Shown: positions 49,446 to 60,637 of the stretch, in pieces
How the letters are laid out: the number at the start of each line of letters is the position of its first letter
How positions within the stretch are numbered: position 1 is the first letter of the stretch
Assembly (NCBI GenBank): GCA_032718475.1
Contig: JAUCBJ010001181.1
Location: forward strand, 1 to 60,637
Source: Nemertoderma westbladi
Lineage: Eukaryota > Animalia > Xenacoelomorpha
Length of the DNA: 60,637 bases
Direction of reading: 5' to 3'
Notes under the pieces: model-generated
Told to the model about the DNA's origin: nothing
Databases searched by the model: none
What the model saw: the letters and a program-made list of their open reading frames with translations, nothing else
Position numbers and translations under genes: made by a program

Positions 49446-50352
49446 TGGCCTGGGTGGTCAGTCCCGTCAGCCCGTTCTGTACCGTAGTCATTATTCTATA
49501 GGCCTATTCTATTAGGCACAGTAACTGTGTAATTCTATCTACCTACTGCAGTACTGCATACCGTAGGTTAATACAGTAATACGACTACGTACAGAAGTAC
49601 AGTAGGCCATTCTTCCATTGGACTACCAGAACCAGACTACAGACAGACAGATACAGTTTGTCCAGTTGTCGGTACCACATAGGATCTAAGTTCGCTTTAC
49701 CGTAGTACAGTCAGACAGTATGCAGTACCCACGCAGTCATAAAATTAATGCGGGGTTTTTGTAGTTTGGGGACGGCAGTCAGAGCAGAGGGGGCAACCCT
49801 CAAGCCTCAACTGAACCGACTGACCAAAGAAGCAAAGCGAGGGCTTGGCATTTATGGTTGGGGACGGCAGTCCCAAACTTAAATGGTTGAAAATGTTTAC
49901 CGGTCAGGCAGTCAGCAGGTAGGCTTAATATAATTGTGTGAGTAGACAAACACAATGATAGAATTTAGGAACAATTTTAGGCTAATACTGTGTACTGTAA
50001 ATTAGTAATACCGGCACTGTTACTGCTGTAAAATAGGTAGGCCTACCTGCAGACCGGTGCCAGTAGGGGGAAGTGGGAAACAACGAACAGACGAAGTTTG
50101 TAAAAAGTCTAGAGTTTGCGTTTCACCACGGGTGACGAGCACATATCGTACAGGCTGACGGGCTGACGGGCATTAGAAAATCGACCAAAAAATTACCTCC
50201 GCTGTTACGTACGGATCAGGTCATTGCCGCCTATCGTAATCCTTCTAATCTGATAATAATCCACAGTTAGCTGTCAATCTGTGGTCTGTCTGTCTGTAGG
50301 CCTATCTTTTACCGGTATCTTATCTAAATCACTGAATGTCGACTGTTGGAAG

Positions 50353-52869
50353 ATGTATCGACTTATCTTTCGTGGAGAAGTTACCTGCACAGCAGTAACA
50401 TTATCTCGTTTCAATTACAATGTAACACGTCTACAATATCATAAGGGTGAGAAATATGGTGGACTGCAGAGGGCTAAAAGGCCTTTGGAACATTACAATA
50501 AAACGGGTGTCGAAGAAGCAATACACCAACGGACTGAATGTGATAAGTGGTTGAACGAAAAAGACAAACGTGAGAATGAAATAGAGCATGCTAGATCGAA
50601 AGTTTCGAAATTTGAAATTCCTGATTATATTCCAAGGAAATACAATGACATATTGGAAGCCATTTCTGGGACGGTAAATTATGATAACACAACATATGGG
50701 GATTATATGTTCCACGATGATCCAGTCATAATGCCGCGGAGCCAAAAGCAAAAAACAATGTTTGCTGCATCTATGAATGAAGGAAGACGCGTCGCTGACA
50801 CGATATTCGTGGATAACCCAACGTGGTTTGATGGATTCCATGTGGAACTGTCTCCTCCGACACTCACTAGACGGGAGTATCTCAACGATGCAGGGATACC
50901 GGCATTGGAGGAATCCATAAACGCTCTCGACGTGTCCCGAAGTCTCAAAATATTTTTCTCACTTCTCGAGTCAGAAGGGATTGAAATGGGATCTAAAAGT
51001 GCAATTGATCTTCCTTTAGACATAGGAAATAATCTCATAGAACTATTAAGCTATTCCTGTGGTGTAGATTTACCAGGAAGTCACATAGGTACAATGAAAT
51101 CAGAACTCGGACTGAATTCCAGGTATTTGAACGATTCAACAAATGAAGAGGAATTCAATGACGATGACTCCCACCCCAAGACTGATATTAAAGAAGTGGA
51201 ATGGACCAACGATTGCGTGGTAGATGATGTATTCGAGATGCTGAAGAACAAAGATGCTGCTACGTATTGCGCCTTGGTTGAAGGCGCCATTATGCATGGA
51301 AACCTGGACAGGGGACTGGATGTTTATAAACGAATGTTGGATTGTAACCTAATACCAAACATCGATTGTTGCAATTCTGTAATTCAGGCAACCTGGAATG
51401 AATATTGGCCGTTTGATTCAGTGGGTGTTTCTTCTAACGGAGAGCAGCGAGAAACAGCCGGAGAACAGGTCACCCGTCTGGACATCATAGAGTCACGTAT
51501 CCGTGGAATATGTGAGAATATAGTTTTATGGTCATTAATTCCGACGACGAATACTTTAAACTCAACAATAAAGGCTCTACATAAGTCTGGGGCTCAGACT
51601 GCCGACATTATCCCTTGGTTCAACGAGTTTGTTGCCTCCGGTGTGGAACCCAGCCTTGGGACACTTCATACCATGATGAATACTACCTTACAGCTGCGGG
51701 AGATGCCATCAACACTCTCACCTGAAGTAAAAGAGGTAGCCAAACCGGGTCAACAACGTTTACAGGTGAAGAAAGATCATGGTCGCTACGGTAAGATGAT
51801 TATACATCAACTGAAGGATCAGCAATACCGGGTGCAGTGCAAGGAGGATTTCCAATTCATCCCGAACGCATTCTCCTTTGTTAGATGGGAGAATATGCTG
51901 TGCGAATGTTACAAGTTAATAGACGTAATTACTAAGAGAAATAATATGTTATTTATCAATTCCACCGACCAACTAGATAAAGTAACTTCGACCTCTTTGC
52001 GAATGCTTTGTAATTTGGAACACAACGCTCGTATAATAATGCGGGTTTACAACCGACTCGTCCCTTCCATGGGGACACCGATGCTGAAGTTATTTCGAGA
52101 TATTATGACGGTGACTTACAGTCAGGGGGGCCACTCCGATCATATGGTACAACTGTGGAGGGACGCGCAAGCATTCAATTACCAGTACAATCTGTGGATG
52201 TTGCGGTTCTTTATAAAATGGGCGGAGAGTGTCGCATCGAAGAGGGAGGCAGACACTACGGAGGTCATCGTAATGATGGAGGAAATAGTGGAGACCTTGA
52301 AAGAGATTCACAGCGCTTTCAGTAGAATAGGTGTCGACCCAGAGGAGACACCAGTTGTTACCGCTAAAGACTTTCAGAAGATAGTTGATATATACTGCTA
52401 TCTGGATAGATTGGACGATGCTTGCAATCTCTGCCACGAACTACACAAGGTCAAAATTATTCCACGAAGTTCCCTCGTTATTACTTTGTTGGAATCCTGC
52501 CTCAGAGCTAGGAGGGTTTTGGATGCCGCCAAACTCATTCACCTCTATAAGTCAACCTTCCCCCCTCATATGGTCAATAAGTTCATAGAAATAGCGAGAG
52601 AAGGTGGGAATTCAACAGTGGACAGCGCCAATATATTATCGTCTGTGTCCAGTAGTCTGAATTCGGAGGAAGTTAGTGATAGCGGTGACGGCAGACCCTC
52701 TATTGGTGGTTCCCTTGACGACACGGACGCGTTATGGCATGTGCAGAAGGACGCCCTGCTCAACTTACAACTCTTCACCGTGCTGAAAAATAATAGGAAT
52801 CGATTTCGGCAAAATAAAAAGGCAGCTTTGGATGCGGCTGTGGAAGAGGAACGTGGTAGTATCCAATAG
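50353..52869 (+). CDS. PTCD3: Pentatricopeptide repeat-containing protein 3 (mitoribosomal mS39), intronless
   Basis: IPRKYNDILEAISGTVNYD...YMFHDDPVIMP matches the PTCD3 N-terminal signature; PPR-like helices (ATYCALVEG, GVEPSLGT); first ATG at 50353. Confidence 0.85.
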   Translation: MYRLIFRGEVTCTAVTLSRFNYNVTRLQYHKGEKYGGLQRAKRPLEHYNKTGVEEAIHQRTECDKWLNEKDKRENEIEHARSKVSKFEIPDYIPRKYNDILEAISGTVNYDNTTYGDYMFHDDPVIMPRSQKQKTMFAASMNEGRRVADTIFVDNPTWFDGFHVELSPPTLTRREYLNDAGIPALEESINALDVSRSLKIFFSLLESEGIEMGSKSAIDLPLDIGNNLIELLSYSCGVDLPGSHIGTMKSELGLNSRYLNDSTNEEEFNDDDSHPKTDIKEVEWTNDCVVDDVFEMLKNKDAATYCALVEGAIMHGNLDRGLDVYKRMLDCNLIPNIDCCNSVIQATWNEYWPFDSVGVSSNGEQRETAGEQVTRLDIIESRIRGICENIVLWSLIPTTNTLNSTIKALHKSGAQTADIIPWFNEFVASGVEPSLGTLHTMMNTTLQLREMPSTLSPEVKEVAKPGQQRLQVKKDHGRYGKMIIHQLKDQQYRVQCKEDFQFIPNAFSFVRWENMLCECYKLIDVITKRNNMLFINSTDQLDKVTSTSLRMLCNLEHNARIIMRVYNRLVPSMGTPMLKLFRDIMTVTYSQGGHSDHMVQLWRDAQAFNYQYNLWMLRFFIKWAESVASKREADTTEVIVMMEEIVETLKEIHSAFSRIGVDPEETPVVTAKDFQKIVDIYCYLDRLDDACNLCHELHKVKIIPRSSLVITLLESCLRARRVLDAAKLIHLYKSTFPPHMVNKFIEIAREGGNSTVDSANILSSVSSSLNSEEVSDSGDGRPSIGGSLDDTDALWHVQKDALLNLQLFTVLKNNRNRFRQNKKAALDAAVEEERGSIQ

Positions 52870-54067
52870 GAACAGTCGTGGAATACATATCCTTATTGAC
52901 TACGGGTTTTATATAGTCTGATTTGATTAGTGCTTAACTTAAATATAACAATAATATGTGCTTACTGAACAGTAGTTTTAAACGTTATTGTCGTATCGTA
53001 TTGCCATATATTTCACTAATTTTAATATTAAACTATACGAAATATCCAAATATATATATTAATGAATTTTGGCAACTTTTAAATTTAATTTGTTGTGGAA
53101 ACAATACTCATTGCTTCAGCTCACCTACCCTAAGCTCCCGCTGGCCAAATAATACACAAACAACATGGAATCCAAATTATCTACCCAACACAATAAATTA
53201 ATTTATAACGAACCGGCGTTATTGAATTTGTTAAGTTATATTTTATCAACGTGGGATTTGTTGTTAGACTAAAGGTGGTAAAACAATCTTTTCATATTTA
53301 AGTTTTAAAGTTATACGTTTTAATTTTTATATTATAATTAATATTTAATTTGTAGGATTAGCAGCAGTAACTATATTTCCAATTGTATTATTAAATATTA
53401 TATAGTAATATTATAGTATTATAATGAATATATTTTACGTATGACACATTTACGTCATCAGGTAGCAAAACAATTAGTAACTCTGTAATATGTTGGCTAA
53501 TTGTCCATTTATAAATTGTTTTATAAATTACTTAATTAATTGGGTTTTAAAGTGGGTTCATATTAGTTATATACATACATATATATACATTACATATTTA
53601 TATAGAACCGGTTGTACCGGAATTGATATTAATCAACTATAAATTAATCAAACAGCGTTGCTTTTTAGACCATTATAATAAATTATTGTGAGTAAAATTA
53701 ATGTTTTTCCTCAACCATTTAGGAATTTTTGCTGAAATTGATAAAAATTCAGAATTGTCTGGAACCATGAATAAATAATATTGTATTACTATCTAATATA
53801 CTGACTGATTGAGTATCGATCAGTTAGAATATATAAGGACAGTATGAGTCCGTTAAAAATGTTAACGAACTAAATAAGAACGGACCTAATTAAGTCTATT
53901 AATTAATTATATCTATTAGGATTCGTTTATTTGGCTTATTATGTTTATGGGTAGTACTCTGGGAAGGAATATTATCTATTGATTGATTAACCCGACCTCT
54001 TCTATTTCCTGACGACTGGCCGCTAACTATTTGAATTTCCCTCCCTTACACTTCGGCTACTATAATA

Positions 54068-54592
54068 ATGGCTCTACTACCAATCACCACTGATATACCA
54101 GATACAGTCGGATTTGATTCCCTTTTCGAATTCCTCCACATGGAGATGGTGTTGCAATTAAACCCGCTATCGGTGGAAGATATAACGACCTGCTCAGTTA
54201 AAGACAGTTCTTCTAAGTTGGAGTTTATGGGTTTCCGTGTGGGACAGAACTTGTGCGAACGAATGACCAAAGAATGCCCCAGATTTAAAGACGAACTCGA
54301 TATCGTGAAATATTTATGTAAGGACTTCTGGTCGGCGATATTTAAGAAACCGGTTGATAATTTACGGACCAATCATCAAGGGGTTTACGTTCTACAAGAC
54401 AATCGATTTAGATTGCTAACAAATATGTCGTCAGGGCGACAGTATCTGGAACACGCCAACAAGTTTTTGTTGTTCACTTGCGGGTTGATAAGGGGAGCTC
54501 TAGAGAACGTTGGTATGAATTGTGTTGTAACTGCCGAGGTCGCTGCCATTCCGGCTTGTAAGTTTCAGATTATGATACAACGGAACTCGTGA
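54068..54592 (+). CDS. TRAPPC6B: Trafficking protein particle complex subunit 6 (TRAPPC6B-like), intronless
   Basis: LFEFLHMEMV, LEFMGFRVGQ, RFKDELDIVKYLCKDFW, DNLRTNHQGVYVLQDN and FTCGLIRGAL. Confidence 0.95.
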   Translation: MALLPITTDIPDTVGFDSLFEFLHMEMVLQLNPLSVEDITTCSVKDSSSKLEFMGFRVGQNLCERMTKECPRFKDELDIVKYLCKDFWSAIFKKPVDNLRTNHQGVYVLQDNRFRLLTNMSSGRQYLEHANKFLLFTCGLIRGALENVGMNCVVTAEVAAIPACKFQIMIQRNS

Positions 54593-55030
54593 TTGTAATA
54601 TGTTATCTAATTATGTTATATATAGACATGGTGATATTTATTGTTTTAGTAATTATTTCTCTCATTAAGTTCCTTTTATTCAATTATTATTTGCAGTTGT
54701 TTGTTTGCTCTCAGCTCAGTAACCCCTCAATATGGCAGACTATTTGCTTGCGGCATAAATATTCTAGAACACTAAATAATAAATATTAGAAAAACTAGAA
54801 TCCCAGATTATTTTCTTATTTATATTAAATATTTTCACCCAGATACAAAAACAGTGAAACATTCGAACGCCGGGCTCAAGGAAATATAAAGAAATGAGAA
54901 AGAAAGATAACTTTACAACAGTTGCTGATTTTTTTTTAAACTTTTAAATAAATAAATTTTCAAATAAATTTGAAATTAAAATATAAATCCTGACTCAACA
55001 ACTAACTATTAATATTAAATATAAGATAAA

Positions 55031-58000
55031 TTACTGCCTTTTAAACCCAATACCATTACACTCTATTAAATAGCATTTATTACTATCATTCATTGAATTA
55101 GTTTCAGTTATTGTAAATCTAGCATCGGTCATATTTTCCGCCACATGTATAGACGTCTGGGTGTGTAATGTAATCGGTCCAGATTTAACAACCGAGTGAC
55201 CATCAGCTAGTGCCATGAATATGATCAGTTGATCCTGCATGTGCGAGTCAACACAGCCCCCTTGGTCTATGGCTGCTAGCAGCTCGGTAGCAGCATCCCT
55301 CCCCACGGTGGATGGCTCTACACCCCGACGACCCAACCCCGACCCACCCAGTAAACAACCAGTGGTTGTCTCCGCAACGACGATAATACCGTTGGAGTTC
55401 CCAACCGCAGCACTGGGGGCCTCCTTAACGACCTCGATCTAAAAGTACAAAAATAGCGAACAATCCTGTTATATAATCAATTTAAACAATCCCTAAGAAA
55501 TCAACTATCAAACTACACCAGTAAAGGCAACTGAAAAACCTACAATCAGCAATCGTTTCGTAATGTTTCGAATATATATAATTACATGTTTAAATACTTG
55601 ATGCTCTGCTCTGTCTTGCAGTGTTCCGATCCTGAATCACTCACTTGAATCTTGAATCACTCACTATGTTCGTTTGTGTAACAAACCACTCGGATTAGAA
55701 GCATGAATTTATTACCCAGAATCATTGTTTGTCTTGTAGTTAAACGTCTATACAGTATAGGATTGGTGGGGTGGGGTGGGGTGGGGTGGGGGGGGGGGGG
55801 GGGGTCATGTATCAAGCCTAACTGAAATTTAGAAAATAAAGTGACTTACATCTATGGGTATGTCGTATTTTCGTCGCAGTATAGATTTAGCAGCCGATGC
55901 CATGGTTTCCGCCATCTTCATTGGCAACACCCCAGCAACGTACGCTCGACCGCGTATCTTAGCAACCCGCCCCGGGTCTACCATTTCTATGGCCCGAATA
56001 GGATTGGCGTCTGCTGCGATGGTAACCTTGGCAACCCCGCCCCCTTTGGGGTAGTATCCCCGGGTTACTATCTCCAGGTTGTACTCTACTCCCATACGCA
56101 GTAGAATCGGATTTAACACTAGAGATGTGTAGTCGATCTGGGGTGCCATGTCGCAGTTAGTGCCCCCTTTATAGACCACGGTCGAACGGCCTGGCGCGAA
56201 TAGGAGGCAAGGGACGCTGACCTGGAAATCAATCAGTTTATAAGTGACATTATAATTGATGCATAGTATACGGCATATACTGTAGGATGGCTAAAACGTC
56301 TGTCCTTATCTGATCTGATCTGACGGTATCTGACACTTGTTCCACCTTGGTTCAGAGCCCACCTTGGTGTAGTGGTTATATTGAATTCACATCTCTTGGA
56401 GGTTGAGGGTTCAATTCAACCCCGGCATGGGGGCCAAGGTAGTTTTCGTTTCAGCACGAATGCTTTGAAGGGTTAAGCGAGACATCTCTGCCTTGCATCC
56501 TTAAATGGTAGCTAAATGAGTACTGGAGTTTCTGCCGATGTCAGCATGTGAAGTTTCCCCGGTTTTCCCTTAAACCCGGGCTGCCGGGGTGTCAATATAC
56601 AGTAACACCTCCCCCTCTGAAACTAACGCTACTAACTAAAAGACTAACTGAAACGAACTAAAAGGAATTAATATAAAATAAGCTAGAAATTTAAAACTTG
56701 TTTTTAGCGGAGGGGTGCCAAATTTTGGTGCCAGCCCCAAATTTTGAAATATGTCAATTTTGTAAATTGATTGTTTGAAGATGTTTTTTCCGCTATATGG
56801 GTTTTAGGCGTTCTGGTCTCGTTGGAATATATACGAATTGCAACAGGCATATCACCGTTGTATTTTTCGGTGCTCTGTGCAAAATTTGGTGCCAGCAAGA
56901 AAATGTAAAAATTCATTCAATAGTTCAATTGATTGTGGCAACTCATATTTTACATTTTATAGGTTTATGGGGGCTCTGAATTTAATGGAATAAATATTTA
57001 TCTAACAACTAGACATCTCAAACTTGTATTTTTCGGAAGAATGGGTGCAAAATTTGGTGCAAGCACAAAATTTTGAAACCCATCAACAATATCAATTGAT
57101 TGTATCACCTTTTGTTTCTTGCGTTACACGGATTTGTGAGGGTTCTAAATTCAATGGAATAAGTAAAAATTACATAAGAATTCTGAAACTTGTATTTTTC
57201 GGCGGTGGGTGAAAATTTTCAACATCGTTTATTGTTTTGGTTAGAAATGGCCGCGATGGATCAGGGCAATATGGGGCATGTTAAGTGTTTCGCCATATTC
57301 GGCAGTACAGTACTTGTACAGAGTTACTGTACCCCTTCCTGCCTTCCCTTTAGCGTAACAAACAAACAATAAATATTTTAAATGTAATATACTAATAAGT
57401 AAGTATCATTATTTAATAACATTAATTATAATTAATATAATTAACTAACTATTAATATTGATAACTATTAACAAGAAAGATTAGTAAAATATTGCAGCAA
57501 GGCAGAAAGGGGCTGTATTGTTTTTAATAAATGTTTAATGTTTCAACACCAACTAAATCTGCGAAAGTTGTTTACATCTGAAACTATCCATCTTTTCTGG
57601 GGCAATCACACAACTTTCATACCCGCCATCCGTCATCCTATATCGCATTTATAATATATAATAGCATGCCTTTGCTGCATACCAGTATGCAGTATGCCTG
57701 TACTGTTATGTCATATGATGATACTGATACGTAACAGGGCAACGTGAAACTATTGGCTATTTACCTAACAGATAGTTAGGTAAATATTATATCTTTCTCT
57801 ATCTACTGATTGGTTGTTAGGTAAAAATTATATCCCTCTCTATCTACTGATCAGATCCCATCAGATCAGATAAGGATAGACGTTTTATTCTACCTCCACA
57901 TACTGTCCAATATTTCACATATTCTTTCTATCATAAGACATCTTGACGTAATGTAGTGTTTATTTAGCCACTGCGACATAAAGTATTCACTAGGGTTTTG

Positions 58001-58826
58001 GTTTTGTTATCCACTCTTCTTCAAACAGGATATATGAACAGTAGGAATGTCAGATAGATAGTGGGCTACTTTCGACGCAAACAAACTTCACCCTCCAGGG
58101 GGAAAATAACAAGTGATTACTCCCAAAAATAAAACTGTATCCTGTTCTATTGATTTTCGTTTATGTTTTGGTTACAATATCGTGCCACTGTAACCTGTTC
58201 ATTTCCCTAAATTGATAATTCAACATTGAGGCGAGATATTTATTTTAATTTAATTATGATTTTATTTTAATTATGATTTTATTTTAATTATTTTGATATT
58301 AATTCGCTAAAATGGGATTCGCGTCCAGTTTACTGTCTGTCTGTCTGTCTCAGCAATGTACATACAGATCATATCGTGAATAACAAATACATCAGTACAT
58401 TACATCAGCCTTCCGTAAACCAGTGTGTAAATGCCTGAATGTAGGCCTAATACTGAAATACTTAAATTAAACTGAAACTGAATGTTGAACGACAGAACGA
58501 ACCTGCATCAGTAAACAGATCGACCCAGCAGTCTTGGTATCAGCATTGTAATCGCCAGGCCGTAACGCGCGCGGTATGAGGATGGCTTCTCGCGATCCTG
58601 GGTTCGCACCCTCCACACTTCCCTCACATATATCGCGCAGTAACGTTACTCCGGTGAGGTGCTGCGGTCTTAGACCCGGGTTGCTACGACCTGCTCGAAT
58701 GTTACTTATTCGAACGGGTCTCCCAAGCAAACAGCTGTAGGTTAGCGCATTGCGAAGAATTTGTCCCCCACCTTCTAACAAACTCCCATCGATGTCGATA
58801 TAAGTAGAAGGGTCGCCACATGACAT
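55031..58826 (-). CDS. RTCA: RNA 3'-terminal phosphate cyclase; exons 58826-58503, 56221-55850, 55438-55031 (367 aa)
   Basis: IDGSLLEGGGQILR, PGLRPQHL, GGTN, RGYYPKGGG, DSHMQDQL and TLHTQT motifs. Two GT-AG phase-0 introns join the exons in frame. Confidence 0.95.
56283..57897. mobile_element. Possible old DNA-transposon remnant in RTCA intron 1, defined by inverted termini
   Basis: TAAAACGTCTGTCCTTATCTGATCTGAT (~56292) is inverted as ATCAGATCAGATAAGGATAGACGTTTTA (~57860). Internal GTGC(A/C)AAATTTGGTGC repeats at ~56714, 56877 and 57045. Confidence 0.5.
56358..56660 (+). mobile_element. tRNA-derived SINE (antisense in RTCA intron 1)
   Basis: A-box TGGTGTAGTGG, B-box GGTTCAATTC, core-like GCTAAATGAGTAC and an (ACTA)-rich tail. 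Confidence 0.55.
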
Positions 58827-59557
58827 ACCGGTATTGTAAGAATGTAAGACTGTGGACTGCTAGGCCTTGGTGGGACTGTAACGTTAATATCTACCGCCTA
58901 CCGGTATGTTATGTACAGTAATATACAGCAGTAGGTGTAGTATTAATTTATTGGGATTATCCTATTTGGGGGCCTTCAAAACAGGCAGGGCGGGTTACAG
59001 AAGCGAGTTGATAGGTAATTAATTATAATATATAATTAATAGATAATTATTAAATAGGCCTACTGTTTCAATTAAATTCTTTACGAAAATCTTCTTTTAA
59101 ATATGGACCCTGCATATTTGCTAATTCAGCAGTCAGCCTGGCCTACGCTAATTTCACAGCAAAGTCCTTGTCATGGCCTGTGTCAGTGTGTGTAGTAGGC
59201 CATGGTCTGCACGGTCACAGCACCGGTCACCGGTTACGGTCAGACGGTGACCAGACCAGACTGCCAGACGGTACCGGACCGGTACATACAGTCAGTCAGT
59301 CTCTCTCTCTCAGTTTACCACAAGTCCAAGATGCCACCCTGCTCCAGCGTGGTAAATTCAAATGATTGAAAGACATGTAATTTGTACTGGAAAGGGTGGC
59401 AGATCAGATCTGCTACCTATATTTTGGGGGTAAAATCAAATTCTGTTTTAAAATTGAATACATGAATATCAAGGACTAATGTAATTCATTGAATCAGAAT
59501 AAATTATTTCTTATCGGTTAAACTCACCCATCCGTTAATGTTGTTATTTTATCTATT

Positions 59558-60247
59558 CTGGGACTTTGAGCAGCAGGTGAACAACTAAGCTGACTATGGT
59601 TAACTAGTCTGGGACTTCAAGCAAAATTGCAAATTGAGGAGAGAGGGGGGGGGGGGGATCGGGGGATTTGGCTTAACTTCTATCATACTGTCATAGTAAA
59701 ATGTAAAGAACATTTATTATTTGCTTGTATCCGTTATAATTACATCAGAACATTAATTATAACAATATAGCAGGGAACTGATAGTAAAATATATCGCAGA
59801 TAGGCCTACTGTAATAACAATAGGTGAATAATGCTTCTGCCTATACTGCTATATCTGTCCTTGACAAGCAGACAAGTACCAGACTAGTTAAACCAGTCAG
59901 CTTAGTTGTTCATGTGCTGCTCGAAGTCCCAAACTTGTTAACCATTCAGCTTAGTTGTTCACGTGCTACTCGAAGTCCCAGACTAGTTAACCAGTCCTGC
60001 AGTCAGCTTAGTTGTTCACATGCTGTTCAAAGTCCCAGACTTAGCTAACCAATCAGCTTAGTTGTTCACGTGCTGCTCGAAGTCCCAGACTAGTTAACCA
60101 GTCAGCTTTAGTTGTCCACGTGCTGCTCGAAGCCCCAGACTAGTTAACCAGTCAGCTTAGTTGTCCACGTGCTACTCGAAGCCCCAGACTAGTTAACCAG
60201 TCAGCTTAGTTGTTCACGTGCTGCTCGAAGCCCCAGACTAGTTAACG
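59558..60247. repeat. 49-bp tandem repeat (~7 copies, 59876-60247) with an inverted copy at 59558-59622
   Basis: GTCCCAGACTAGTTAACCAGTCAGCTTAGTTGTTCACGTGCTGCTCGAA units. Confidence 0.88.
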
Positions 60248-60249
60248 TA

Positions 60250-60637
60250 CTACTAATACTACTAGGATCGGCATGCTGCATTGCAGCTGCATTTTTAAGA
60301 ATGCTGTGCCGGCTTGTCAACAAAATTGCACCGCCACAACTCCCTATCACGATCACCCATGACATTTGCTAGATCATCCGCATCTTTAAGGCCAGTGTCC
60401 TTTAAGATGCGTCTCAAGAAAGTCATGGGCTGTCCACCATGCTTATTCACTCCATGAGGCTGCCAAAGTACAAGATTATGCACTGGCTGGTCCTCACGGC
60501 GAAAGCAATGTCCTGCAAAGCGGAGGCGATTTTGTTCTAGTGTCAAGCTTGGGGGAACCAATGAGACACCTCCAATGTTATATAGTGTCTGGTTGGAGAT
60601 GTGTGCATTGTACTTGACACAATGTACCCGGCGTAGC
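60250..60637 (-). mobile_element. RTE-like LINE 3' portion (runs off window end)
   Basis: NRLRFAGHCFRREDQPVHNLVLWQP...ILKDTG...DRELWR with a TAG-repeat tail; same family as 5132-5328. Confidence 0.8.

Noticed and set aside
4609-55804. Long poly-G/poly-C runs as functional G-quadruplex elements
   Set aside because: Their lengths are unreliable (21 vs 9 in the two LTRs) and their positions show no consistent relation to genes.
56358-56430. Functional tRNA gene
   Set aside because: A and B boxes are present but no convincing cloverleaf; it continues into a SINE-like body and tail.

Overview
Eukaryotic (metazoan, probably invertebrate) genomic DNA; the species cannot be determined from the sequence alone. 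Six conserved host genes lie in a matrix of transposon-derived DNA: a Src-family kinase, TDRKH/Papi, INTS13/Asunder, PTCD3, TRAPPC6 and RTCA. The first five have uninterrupted CDSs, while RTCA has only two introns. There is also a tandemly duplicated C2H2 zinc-finger array gene. Repeats include a homogeneous 57-bp satellite at the window start, L2/CR1-group and RTE-like LINE fragments, a Helentron/DINE-like element carrying a 315-bp tandem repeat, several MITEs (piggyBac-, P/hAT-, Harbinger- and Tc1-type) and a tRNA-derived SINE. The most unusual object is a young 7.7-kb BEL/Pao-type LTR element (7047-14752, TSD AACAT). It encodes Gag and protease but no RT/RNaseH/integrase. In place of Pol it has a putative membrane-anchor tail and a C-depleted 3' region holding an array of RNA hairpins with compensatory changes, and it lacks a canonical tRNA PBS. 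A second notable signal is recurrent TA->TACAGTA/TACTGTA insertions, which look like Tc1/mariner excision footprints and break several unrelated sequences. All calls were made by eye; no searches or folding programs were run.
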